Source: Myxococcota bacterium (lineage in GTDB: Bacteria; Myxococcota_A; UBA9160; PR03). From it: a DNA stretch of 64,000 nucleotides. The stretch spans positions 40,110-104,109 of the forward strand of contig DATJPY010000022.1 of assembly GCA_035506135.1 (NCBI GenBank). The letters run 5' to 3'. Under the pieces are notes generated by a model. The model was not told where the DNA came from. It was given only the letters and a program-made list of their open reading frames with translations, and searched no databases. Both the position numbers and the translations under genes were made by a program. Below are positions 1 through 8,149 of this stretch, piece by piece (position 1 is the stretch's first letter; the number at the start of each line of letters is the position of its first letter).

Positions 1-1677
1 CTCGTCGAGCCGGGCGACGGCGATCGCTGGCGCTTCGTCCACGCACTCATCCTGGAGTCGATCGCGGAGGACGTGACGCCGATGCTGCGGCTGCGACTTC
101 ACGAGCGCATCGGCCAGGTGCTGCGCGCCGACGCGCGCGACGACGCGGCCCGGGCCATGGAGGTGGCGCATCATCTCTCGCGCGCGGCGGAGCGCGTCGC
201 GCACCAGGCGGCCGAGGCGGCGATGCGCGCGGCGCAGCTCGCCGAGCGGAGCCTCGCCTTCGCCGACGCCGCCAGCTTCTACGAGACCGCGCTCGAGCTG
301 CGCGCGCGAGCCCCGGCCGGCGATCCGCTCGAGCGCTGCGAGCTGCTGCTCGGCCTGGCGCAGGCCCGTCTCGCGGCCCGCGACGTGCAGGGCGCGTGGG
401 AGAGCGCGCGGTCGGCCGCGGAGCTCGCGCGCGAGATCGCGAGCCCCGTCCACCTGGCGCGCGCGGGCCTCGTGCTGAGCGCACACTTCCGGATCGGCTT
501 CGCCGAGCCGCTCGCACTGCTCGAGGAGGCGCTGCCCGCGCTGCCTGCGGAGGTACCCGCGCTGCGCGCGGCGGTGGCGTCGTCGATCGCGGCCCACCTG
601 CACTACATGCGCGAGCCCAAGCGCAGGATCGTGCTGGCGGAGCTGAGCGTGGACGCCGCCAAGGAGGCGGCGAACCCCGAGTTCATCGCGCTCTCGCTGA
701 TGGCGATGCGCAACGCGCTCTGTGCTCCGGAGGCGCTCGCCGCGCGCCTGCAGTTCGGCTCCGAGCGGGTCGAGTGGGCCGACCGGATGCCGCGCTCGGC
801 GCAGCGATGCCTCGCGCGCGGGGAGCGGGTGGTGGATCGCTACGCGGCCGGCGACCTCGAGGGCGCCGAGCGCGACGCGGAGGACATCGAGCAAATCGCG
901 CGCGAGATCCCCGTCCGCAGCATGCTGAGCTTCCTGCCGCGCTGGCGCTCGCTGCGCGCCAACGGCGCGGGCCGCTTCTTCGAGGCCGAGAGCGCGGCGC
1001 GCACCGCGTTCGAGCTCACCCAGCAGGCCGACGATCCCAACGCGTTCCCCAACCTGACCATGCAGCTCGGCATGGTGCGCTTCGAGCAGGGACGCTGGGA
1101 CGACCTCGACGCGATGCTGACCGCCTCCGCCACCTGGCTCGAGCCGTATCGCACGCTGGCGCCCGCGGTGCGCGCCGTCATCGCCCGCTACGACCTGCTG
1201 CGGGGCCGGCGCGAGCGCGCGCTCGCCGACTACGAGCTCCTCGTCTCCGACCAGTTCCTCGACGGCGACCCCGAGCCGCTGGTGACGTGCAGCTGGCTCG
1301 CGTGCATGGTCCTCCAGCTCGGCGACGCCGAGCGTGCCGAGCGGATCTACGAGCGGCTCAGCGCCTTCGGCGATCAGTTCGTGATCTTCAACTTCGCGAT
1401 CGTGGCGCGCGGCTCCTTCGCCCGCTACCTCGGCATCCTGGCGCACGCGGCGGGCCGGCTCGACGAGGCGGAGCGCCACTTCGAGCAAGCGATCGCCGCG
1501 AACGAGCGCATCGGCGCCTCGCTCTATGCGGCGCGCGCGCGCGCCGATCTGGCGTCTTTGCTGGCAGCGCGCGGTGGGCCCGGCGACGGGGCGCGCACGA
1601 CCGCGGAGCGGAGGGCGGCGCGGGCGGCCTTCGAGGGCTTCGGCGTGCGACCGCTCGCGCAGGCCCCTTGTGTCTAG
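1..1677 (+). CDS. C-terminal part of a large STAND/AAA-type regulatory protein with TPR-like helical repeats (5' end outside window)
   Basis: Frame 1 is open from base 1 (LVEPGDGDRWRFVHALILESIAEDV...) into the listed 73..1677 ORF. Long Ala/Leu/Arg-rich helical-repeat region typical of the sensor half of AAA_16/MalT-like regulators. No C-terminal HTH seen. Confidence 0.5.
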   Translation, partial: LVEPGDGDRWRFVHALILESIAEDVTPMLRLRLHERIGQVLRADARDDAARAMEVAHHLSRAAERVAHQAAEAAMRAAQLAERSLAFADAASFYETALELRARAPAGDPLERCELLLGLAQARLAARDVQGAWESARSAAELAREIASPVHLARAGLVLSAHFRIGFAEPLALLEEALPALPAEVPALRAAVASSIAAHLHYMREPKRRIVLAELSVDAAKEAANPEFIALSLMAMRNALCAPEALAARLQFGSERVEWADRMPRSAQRCLARGERVVDRYAAGDLEGAERDAEDIEQIAREIPVRSMLSFLPRWRSLRANGAGRFFEAESAARTAFELTQQADDPNAFPNLTMQLGMVRFEQGRWDDLDAMLTASATWLEPYRTLAPAVRAVIARYDLLRGRRERALADYELLVSDQFLDGDPEPLVTCSWLACMVLQLGDAERAERIYERLSAFGDQFVIFNFAIVARGSFARYLGILAHAAGRLDEAERHFEQAIAANERIGASLYAARARADLASLLAARGGPGDGARTTAERRAARAAFEGFGVRPLAQAPCV

Positions 1678-1711
1678 CGTCGCGACCGATCGAACCTCTG
1701 GAGATGCGTCG

Positions 1712-3139
1712 ATGAGATCCCCGACCGCGCGCTTCGAGGGCCCCGTTTCCGGCGAGCCCTTCCTCGTCGGCGTCGTCGAGCCGGCGGGCGCCGGCTACGT
1801 GCGCGAGGAGTGGCTCGTGACGGGCACCGCCACGAGCTACGCGCTCCGGGGCGAGCGCAGCACGGACGGGCGCTGGGAGGCAGAGCCCGCCGGGCGCGCC
1901 CCGTTCCGGACGCGCATCGTGGTGCTCCGGCCCGCGGATCCGGCCCGCTTCGACGGCACCACGCTCGTCGAGTGGATGAACGTGAGCGGCGGGATCGACG
2001 CGGCCCCCGACTGGTTCTTCCTGCGACGCCACCTGATGCGCCAGGGCTCGGCCTGGGTCGGCGTCTCCGCGCAGAAGGCCGGCATCGACGGCGGCGGCCT
2101 CGTGCCCGGCATGCCGCTCAAGCAGGCGAACGCCGCGCGCTACGGGTCGCTCGAGCACCCGGGCGACGCCTTCGCCTTCGACATCTACAGCGAGGTCGGA
2201 CGCGCGCTGCGGACCCCCGGATCCGGCCCGCTCGGACCTCTCGCGACCCGACACCTGATCGCGATCGGCGAATCGCAGTCGGCCGGCTTCCTCGTCACCT
2301 ACGTCAACGCCGTCGATCCCATCGAGCGCTGCTTCGACGCCTTCCTGATCCACGGGCGCCCGGGCACCGCCGCCGCGCTCGACGGCTCCTATCTTCGAGC
2401 GGCCGCCGACGGCGACGTCTCGAAGGTCGGCGCGCTGATCAGCGAAGGACATCGGATCCGCGAGGACGTGCGCGTTCCGGTGCTCACCTTCCAGAGCGAG
2501 ACCGACGTGGTGACGCTCGGCGGCGGACGCGCGCGGCAGCCCGACGGCCCGCGCTTCCGGCTCTGGGAGCTGGCCGGCGCCGCACACTTCGACACGTACG
2601 GCCTGATGGCCTCGCACGTGGATCGCGAGGGAATCGGCGTCGAAGAGCTCGCGGCGCGCCTCGCGCCCACCGCGCAGCTGCTGGGGATGACCGCGGGGAC
2701 CGCGGTGAACTCGGGCCCCCAGCAGCACTACGTGCTCAACGCCGCGCTCGCGCACCTGGTGCGCTGGGTGCGCGACGGGACGCCGCCCCCGGAGGCCGCG
2801 CGGCTCGAGTCGCTCGACGCGGCGGCGAGCCGGCTCGCGCGCGACCCGCTCGGCATCGCGCGCGGCGGCATCCGGACGCCGTGGGTGGACGCGCCGACGG
2901 CGGCCCTCTCCGGAGATCCGCCCGGCGGCGACGGCTTCCTGTTCCTGTTCGGAAGGACGATCCCGTTCGACGCGGAGACCCTGGCTCGCCTCTACCCGGG
3001 CGGTGCGGAGGAGCACGTGAAGCGGTTCGAGGGATCGCTGGCCGCTGCGCTCCGCGCGGGATTCCTGCTCGACGTCGACGCCGCGGAGATCTGCGCGCTC
3101 GCGCGGCACGGGCGACAGCCGTCCGGATGGAATCCTTGA
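1712..3139 (+). CDS. alpha/beta-hydrolase-fold protein (475 aa), function unknown
   Basis: ATG at 1712 inside ORF 1526..3139 (MRSPTARFEGPVSGEPF...). IAIGESQSAGF nucleophile-elbow-like motif. The upstream 62 codons of the ORF are Arg-rich and overlap the previous gene. Confidence 0.55.
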   Translation: MRSPTARFEGPVSGEPFLVGVVEPAGAGYVREEWLVTGTATSYALRGERSTDGRWEAEPAGRAPFRTRIVVLRPADPARFDGTTLVEWMNVSGGIDAAPDWFFLRRHLMRQGSAWVGVSAQKAGIDGGGLVPGMPLKQANAARYGSLEHPGDAFAFDIYSEVGRALRTPGSGPLGPLATRHLIAIGESQSAGFLVTYVNAVDPIERCFDAFLIHGRPGTAAALDGSYLRAAADGDVSKVGALISEGHRIREDVRVPVLTFQSETDVVTLGGGRARQPDGPRFRLWELAGAAHFDTYGLMASHVDREGIGVEELAARLAPTAQLLGMTAGTAVNSGPQQHYVLNAALAHLVRWVRDGTPPPEAARLESLDAAASRLARDPLGIARGGIRTPWVDAPTAALSGDPPGGDGFLFLFGRTIPFDAETLARLYPGGAEEHVKRFEGSLAAALRAGFLLDVDAAEICALARHGRQPSGWNP

Positions 3140-4170
3140 CCGACGCGCTCCATCCGGCGCACGGAGTCCACGATCCGACGCGCTCGACGCCACCGCGCGC
3201 GCCGGAATCGATCCGCCGCACCAGCACGATCGACATGCTGCGGCCGGACGGGCTCTTCGGCGACGTCGTCCTCGTCGGCCGGGCGCGAGATCTCGTGACG
3301 TCGGAGAGCGGAGCCTTTCGGGTCGCCGGCGAGGCGGGCTTCCTCGGTCGCGTGGCGTTCCTTCCGGAGCGCAAGATCGTCGGCCTCTGCACGCGGCCCA
3401 CCGAGCGGGGCGCCGAGGCCCTGGTGGGTACGAAGGCGTCGGGCGGGCTCCGCGCGGAGCTCGACCGCGCGCTGCCGGAGCACCGCGAGGCGCGCTCGCT
3501 GCTCTATCTCCTCCTCGACGATCTCCCGGTCGCAACGCTCGTCTCCGGCTACGCGTTCGGAGCCGCCGGCGTGCGCCATCCGCCCGGGCACCGCCCTTCG
3601 TTCCCCGCCGATCTCTGCGCGGGCTGGCGGACCGGCGGCACGATGCAGACCGAGATCGAGCGCTCGGGGCAGGTCCCCCTCTCGACCGGACCTCCGGCGC
3701 CGAGCCTCGCGCGCGCCGACGATCCGATCGCGTGGCACGAGATGGCTCCGCTCCCGGCGCACGGAATGCGGCGCCACCGCCGCCTCGACCTCCAGTATCT
3801 GCGCCCGACGTCCTTGCTCGTCGCCGACGTGCTCTTCCGCGACAGCCACGTCGCGGCCGACGGCGTCGAGACGATCGTGCACGAGTACACCGTGCGCGCC
3901 GAGATCGATCCGGCCGGGCTCCGCGTCGCGCGCGTCGACGCGGAGGCGCACGTGCTGCCGTGGTTCGAGTGCGAGGCCGCGGTTCCGAGCGCGGGCCGGA
4001 TCGTGGGCCGCTCGGTGCAGGAGCTGCGGCCGATGGTGCGGGCGGAGCTCACGGGTCCTTCGACCTGCACCCATCTCAACGACACCCTGCGGTCGCTCGC
4101 GGACGTCGCGGCGCTGGCGGCTCGCCTCGGCGCACCTCGGCCAGCACTCCGACCCAGTGCTGGTGCTTGA
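3127..4170 (+). CDS. DUF2889-like protein (347 aa)
   Basis: ATG at 3127 (MESLTDALHP...) within ORF 1810..4170, with a 13-nt overlap onto the upstream stop. C-terminal GPSTCTHLNDTLRSL motif as I remember for DUF2889. Family call from memory only. Confidence 0.5.
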   Translation: MESLTDALHPAHGVHDPTRSTPPRAPESIRRTSTIDMLRPDGLFGDVVLVGRARDLVTSESGAFRVAGEAGFLGRVAFLPERKIVGLCTRPTERGAEALVGTKASGGLRAELDRALPEHREARSLLYLLLDDLPVATLVSGYAFGAAGVRHPPGHRPSFPADLCAGWRTGGTMQTEIERSGQVPLSTGPPAPSLARADDPIAWHEMAPLPAHGMRRHRRLDLQYLRPTSLLVADVLFRDSHVAADGVETIVHEYTVRAEIDPAGLRVARVDAEAHVLPWFECEAAVPSAGRIVGRSVQELRPMVRAELTGPSTCTHLNDTLRSLADVAALAARLGAPRPALRPSAGA

Positions 4171-4617
4171 AGAGGAGCCGCCGGCAACGCGCCTCGCAAT
4201 CCTCGCCGCGCAGGACACCCCGCGCCTTCGCCGTCCGTAGCTTCCACTTGAGGCGAGGATCTTGCTGCGGATCGATCCAACCGATGGCAGGCGCATTCCC
4301 ATGACGCGTCGGATCCGCGCGCTCTCGATGAATGTCGCGACCAACAACCAGGAGACGTTCACGGCCGACTTCGATGCGGTGGTCGACTCCGTCATCTCCT
4401 ACGCACCCGGATTCGTCGCCGCCGGCTACACCATCACGCCGAGCGACGGAGTCGGCATCTACGTGCCCGAGCCGGGCGACGGGCGGCTCACGAGCGCGGC
4501 CGTCGGCGCCCTCCTGTGCCTGGGCTGGCGCCGCCCGCCGCCCGATCCGGCTTCGCCGACCGCTAGTCGCCATCGGCCCGCGGGTCACGCTCTACAGTCG
4601 CTCCTTCCGCCGAGGTC

Positions 4618-4838
4618 GTGATCCAGCTCGTGCGCCTCTGCACCGGTCTCGACGACGAGGCGCTGCGCGAGCTCAATCGGAGCGCCGCGGTCCTCGGGCC
4701 TGGCCGGAGCTCCTGCGGAGCGATCGGCTCCGGGTCCAGCTCGGGCAGGCCTGCCGGGAGCGGGCGACGAGGCACTTCGCCTGGGAGACTGTGGCGCGGC
4801 GCCACAGACAGCTCTATGAGGAAGTGCTCGACCTTTGA
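4618..4838 (+). pseudogene. remnant of a GT1/GT4-type glycosyltransferase (C-terminal fragments in two frames)
   Basis: Frame 1 reads ..GLDDEALRELNRSAAVL.. and frame 3 reads ..PELLRSDRLRVQLGQACRERATRHFAWETVARRHRQLYEEVLDL*. Both resemble the conserved tail of GT1-family enzymes, but the catalytic core between them and the whole N-terminal domain are missing. Confidence 0.4.
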
Positions 4839-4863
4839 GCGCGGGAAACCCCCGACCGCGCTC
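4837..4863 (+). terminator. hairpin directly after the glycosyltransferase remnant stop
   Basis: GAGCGCGG (4837-4844), 11-nt loop, CCGCGCTC (4856-4863), followed only by TT. Weak as an intrinsic terminator. Confidence 0.25.
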
Positions 4864-4912
4864 TTGGCTGCACGTCCATCCTGGATGGCTTGATACCCGG
4901 GTCGGGGCCCGG

Positions 4913-4928
4913 TGGCACGGTGCCTGCA
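4913..4928 (+). promoter_or_regulatory. sigma-54 (-24/-12) promoter candidate upstream of asnB-like gene
   Basis: TGGCACGGTGCCTGCA versus consensus TGGCACG-N4-TTGCA. GG and GC are correctly spaced, with one mismatch. It lies 120 nt upstream of the ATG at 5048 in a lower-GC intergenic stretch. Confidence 0.5.
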
Positions 4929-5047
4929 GTCTGGCGCTTATTTTTCTGCAAGAAGGGCTCGGAGGGGGCGACCCATCGAGGAAAACGACCTAATCCTCCG
5001 TCAGAGGGAAGGCCCGCCGTCCGGACAGCGCGCCGAGGAGCCGAGCG

Positions 5048-6988
5048 ATGTGCGGAATCGCAGGATTCGCTAACACCCGATGTGCCTACCCGGCCGAGGA
5101 CTGGGAGCGCATCGCCGCCCGCATGGCAGAGCCACTGCGGCACCGCGGTCCTGACGGCGACGGGGTCTGGGCCGATCCTGCCGCCGGAGTGGCGCTGGCG
5201 CACCGGCGCCTCGCCGTCCTCGATCTCTCGCCCGCGGGCCATCAGCCCATGACGTCCTCGTGCGGGCGTCTGGTGCTGACCTACAACGGCGAGATCTACA
5301 ACCACGCCGAGCTGCGCGAGGAGCTCTCCGCGTCGGGGCGGAGCTTCCGCGGCCACTCCGATACCGAGGTGCTGGTCGAGGCCTGCGCGGAGTGGGGTGT
5401 CGAGGCGACGCTGCGCAAGCTCATCGGCATGTTCGCATTCGCCGTGTGGGACCGCGCGGCCCGGACCCTCACGCTGGCCCGCGACCGCATCGGGCTGAAG
5501 CCACTCTTCTGGGGTCGCTTCGGTCCGCTGTTCCTGTTCGCATCCGAGCTCAAGGGGCTGCTCGCCCATCCGGGCTGGGAGCCCGAGATCGACCGCGAGA
5601 GCCTCTGCGCGTACATGCGGTGGGGACACGTGCCGGCTCCGCACTGCATCTATCGCGGCGTCCACAAGCTGTTACCGGGCGAGTTCCTGGTCCTGTCTCC
5701 CGGCGGCGAGCCCAAGGTCTCCAGCTACTGGGATCCCGCACTGGTCGCCGCGGCCGCGCAGTCGAACCGGCTGCAGATCGGCGAGGCGGAGGCGCTCGAA
5801 GGGCTCGACGCGCTTCTCCACGACGCCGTGTCGCGCCGCATGATCGCGGACGTACCGCTGGGCGCGTTCCTCTCGGGCGGAATCGACTCGTCCCTGATCG
5901 TCGCGATCATGCAGGCGCACAGCAGCCGGGCGATGAACACCTTCACCATCGCCTTCGACGAGAAGCGCTACGACGAGGCCGCGCACGCGCGCGCGGTGGC
6001 GAAGCACCTGGGCACCTCCCACTCCGAGCTGATGGTCACCTCCGAGGACGCGCGCACGCTCGTCCCGGAGCTCCCGCGCTGGTTCGATGAGCCTCTCGCC
6101 ATCCGCTCCCAGATTCCGGCGATGGTGCTCTCCCGACTGGCCCGCCGCGACGTGACCGTGGCGCTGTCGGGCGACGGCGGCGATGAGCTGTTCGGCGGCT
6201 ACCCCGGCTACTTCATCGTGCGCGCGGTGAATCGCGTGAGCGACCGGCTGTCGCCGAGGCAGCGCCGCATGGTGGCGGACGGACTGGATGGCGTGGTCGC
6301 CGGCCTCACGGCGCTGCACGGAGTGATCCCGGCCGGGCGCCGGCCCGAGCTGCTCGCGAACAAGGTGAAGCAGATCACCGGCGTCATGCGCAGCGGCGGC
6401 GGCATCAGCGAGCTCTATGCCCAGCTCTACAGCGCGACGGCGGGGCCGCCTCCGCTGATCGGCGCCGCGGACGAGCATCCGATGCGCTGGCAGGCTCCGC
6501 AGCACCGCGACGTCGTCGCCGATCCGATCGATCGCATGGGCTATTTCGCCCTGCTGGGCACGCTGGTGGATGGGACGCTCGCCAAGTGGGACCGGGCCAG
6601 CATGGCGCACAGCCTGGAGGTGCGGGTCCCGTTCCTCGACCATCGCGTCGTCGAATACGCTTGGCGCCTGCCGCCGTCGCTCAAGTACCGCAGGCGGGCG
6701 AGCAGCAAGCACCTGCTGCGGAGCCTCCTGTACCGCCACGTGCCGCGCGAGCTCGTCGATCGTCCGAAGAAGGGATTCTCCAGCCCGCTCCCGCTCTGGC
6801 TGCGCGGCCCGTTGCGGGAATGGGCGGACGCGCTGCTCGACGAGCGAAGCCTCAAGGAGGAAGGGTTGTTCGAGCCCACCGCGGTGCGCGCCTACTGGAA
6901 CGAGCATCTCGCCGCTGCCAGCGACCACTGGCAGCTCCTCTGGAACGTGCTCGTGTTCCGGCAGTGGCACGCGACCTACCACGGCTGA
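5048..6988 (+). CDS. asnB: asparagine synthase (glutamine-hydrolysing)-family amidotransferase, 646 aa
   Basis: N-terminal MCGIAGF (Ntn Cys2), PP-loop FLSGGIDSSLIV, full length. Its context next to a PEP-CTERM/GT remnant suggests the EPS/exosortase-associated AsnB subtype. Confidence 0.9.
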   Translation: MCGIAGFANTRCAYPAEDWERIAARMAEPLRHRGPDGDGVWADPAAGVALAHRRLAVLDLSPAGHQPMTSSCGRLVLTYNGEIYNHAELREELSASGRSFRGHSDTEVLVEACAEWGVEATLRKLIGMFAFAVWDRAARTLTLARDRIGLKPLFWGRFGPLFLFASELKGLLAHPGWEPEIDRESLCAYMRWGHVPAPHCIYRGVHKLLPGEFLVLSPGGEPKVSSYWDPALVAAAAQSNRLQIGEAEALEGLDALLHDAVSRRMIADVPLGAFLSGGIDSSLIVAIMQAHSSRAMNTFTIAFDEKRYDEAAHARAVAKHLGTSHSELMVTSEDARTLVPELPRWFDEPLAIRSQIPAMVLSRLARRDVTVALSGDGGDELFGGYPGYFIVRAVNRVSDRLSPRQRRMVADGLDGVVAGLTALHGVIPAGRRPELLANKVKQITGVMRSGGGISELYAQLYSATAGPPPLIGAADEHPMRWQAPQHRDVVADPIDRMGYFALLGTLVDGTLAKWDRASMAHSLEVRVPFLDHRVVEYAWRLPPSLKYRRRASSKHLLRSLLYRHVPRELVDRPKKGFSSPLPLWLRGPLREWADALLDERSLKEEGLFEPTAVRAYWNEHLAAASDHWQLLWNVLVFRQWHATYHG

Positions 6989-7000
6989 CGCCGCGCGTTC

Positions 7001-8122
7001 ATGCCGTCCCATGAGGCCCACCCGTCCGTGACCGCGCCCCCCGAGCCGCGGGTGTGGGTCTTGATGGGGCAGAAGGCGGGTGACAACGCCCAGCTCCTCG
7101 CACTCGCCGAAGGTCTCGGCTGGCGCTACGAGGCGAAGCGGCTCGCCTATCGGCCGACCGAGCTGGTCACCAACCTCCTCTTCGACGCGACCCTGCTCGG
7201 CCGCGCGGGCGACGCGTCGACTCGGCTCGAGCCGCCGTGGCCCGACCTCGTGCTCTCGGCTGGACGCCGCAGCGAGCCCGTGGCGCGCTGGATCCGATCG
7301 CGCGCCGAGCGGCCGCCGAAGCTGGTGCACGTCGGGCGGCCGTGGCGCGAGCCCGGGCGCTTCGACCTCGTGATCGTGACGCCGCAATACCGGATCGCGC
7401 ACGGACCGGGCGTGATGTGGAACCCGCTCCCGCTGCATGGTGCCAACGCGGAGCGTCTCGCCGCCGCCGCCGCGGCATGGGAGCCGAAGCTCGCCGCCCT
7501 CCCCCGTCCGCGGGTCGCCGTGCTGGTGGGCGGGAGCAGCGAGCTCTTCACGCTCGGCACCCGGACGGCCGCGCGGCTCGCGCGCGAGGCGGGCGATCTG
7601 GTGCGCGACCGAGGCGGCGCGCTCCTCGTCACGACGAGCGCGCGCACGTCGGTGCGCGCCGCGTCCGCTCTTCGCGACGCACTCGACGTCCCGGCGCACG
7701 TCTTCCGCTGGGTCCCCGGCGCATCCGACAACCCGTACTGGGGCTACCTCGCGTTGGCCGATGCCTTCGTCGTCACCGGCGACAGCGTGTCGATGCTGGC
7801 CGAGGCGTGCGCCACCGGAAAGCCGGTCTACATCTTCGACCCCGGCCGCGAAGCGAGCGGCGCGCTCGGCGATCCCGAGGCTGCGATCCGCGGGCGCGTG
7901 CTGAGCCTCGGGATCCCGCGGCTCGGGCGCGACATCCGCCGGCTCCACGACGAGCTCGTGCGGGGCGGACACGCGGCCTTCCTGGGCCAGCCGTTCGGGA
8001 CCCGCCCTGCTCCGCCGCCCGACCCGCTCGCGCGCGCCGTCGCGGCCGTCCGGGCGCTCTTCCCGGCGGACTCCCGGCCGGAGCCTCTGCCAGAAGCGCG
8101 CGCTCTCGAATTCGTCGGCTGA
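7001..8122 (+). CDS. ELM1/DUF1022-family protein (putative glycosyltransferase-like), 373 aa
   Basis: RVWVLMGQKAGDNAQLLALAEGLGW.. start and ..YWGYLALADAFVVTGDSVSMLAEACATGKPVYIF.. tail match my memory of bacterial mitochondrial-fission-ELM1-family proteins. Confidence 0.65.
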   Translation: MPSHEAHPSVTAPPEPRVWVLMGQKAGDNAQLLALAEGLGWRYEAKRLAYRPTELVTNLLFDATLLGRAGDASTRLEPPWPDLVLSAGRRSEPVARWIRSRAERPPKLVHVGRPWREPGRFDLVIVTPQYRIAHGPGVMWNPLPLHGANAERLAAAAAAWEPKLAALPRPRVAVLVGGSSELFTLGTRTAARLAREAGDLVRDRGGALLVTTSARTSVRAASALRDALDVPAHVFRWVPGASDNPYWGYLALADAFVVTGDSVSMLAEACATGKPVYIFDPGREASGALGDPEAAIRGRVLSLGIPRLGRDIRRLHDELVRGGHAAFLGQPFGTRPAPPPDPLARAVAAVRALFPADSRPEPLPEARALEFVG

Positions 8123-8123
8123 G

Positions 8124-8143
8124 CGAGGGGCGCCGACCCCTCG
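8124..8143. terminator. hairpin between convergent genes
   Basis: CGAGGGG (8124-8130), loop cgccga, CCCCTCG (8137-8143). It sits in the 27-nt gap between the stop at 8122 (+) and the stop at 8150 (-). No U-tract. Confidence 0.3.
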
Positions 8144-8149
8144 ATCTCG

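Noticed and set aside
1388-3535. 715-aa minus-strand ORF antisense to the hydrolase/DUF2889 genes. Similar long antisense or off-frame ORFs occur at 5672..7972(-), 14491..17304(+), 19279..20616(+), 26018..27757(-), 42198..43703(+), 55604..57781(-) and 60327..62432(-).
   Set aside because: Their translations are Arg/Pro/Gly/Ala-rich low-complexity strings with no recognisable motifs. That is typical of stop-poor alternative frames in very GC-rich DNA. Each is fully covered by an opposite-strand or other-frame ORF that carries clear catalytic motifs.
4076-4588. 170-aa minus-strand ORF in the decayed region (..DPRLKWKLRTAKARGVLRGEDCEARCRRLLFKHQHWV..), considered as a transposase or toxin fragment.
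   Set aside because: I could not match it to any family. I saw no terminal inverted repeats, target duplications or integrase/transposase motifs. It is left unannotated.
4262-4621. 119-aa ORF as an intact PEP-CTERM protein gene.
   Set aside because: It has no signal peptide. Charged residues follow the PEP motif, and 30 extra codons follow the Arg pair. It is treated as a possible relic in the findings, not as a feature.
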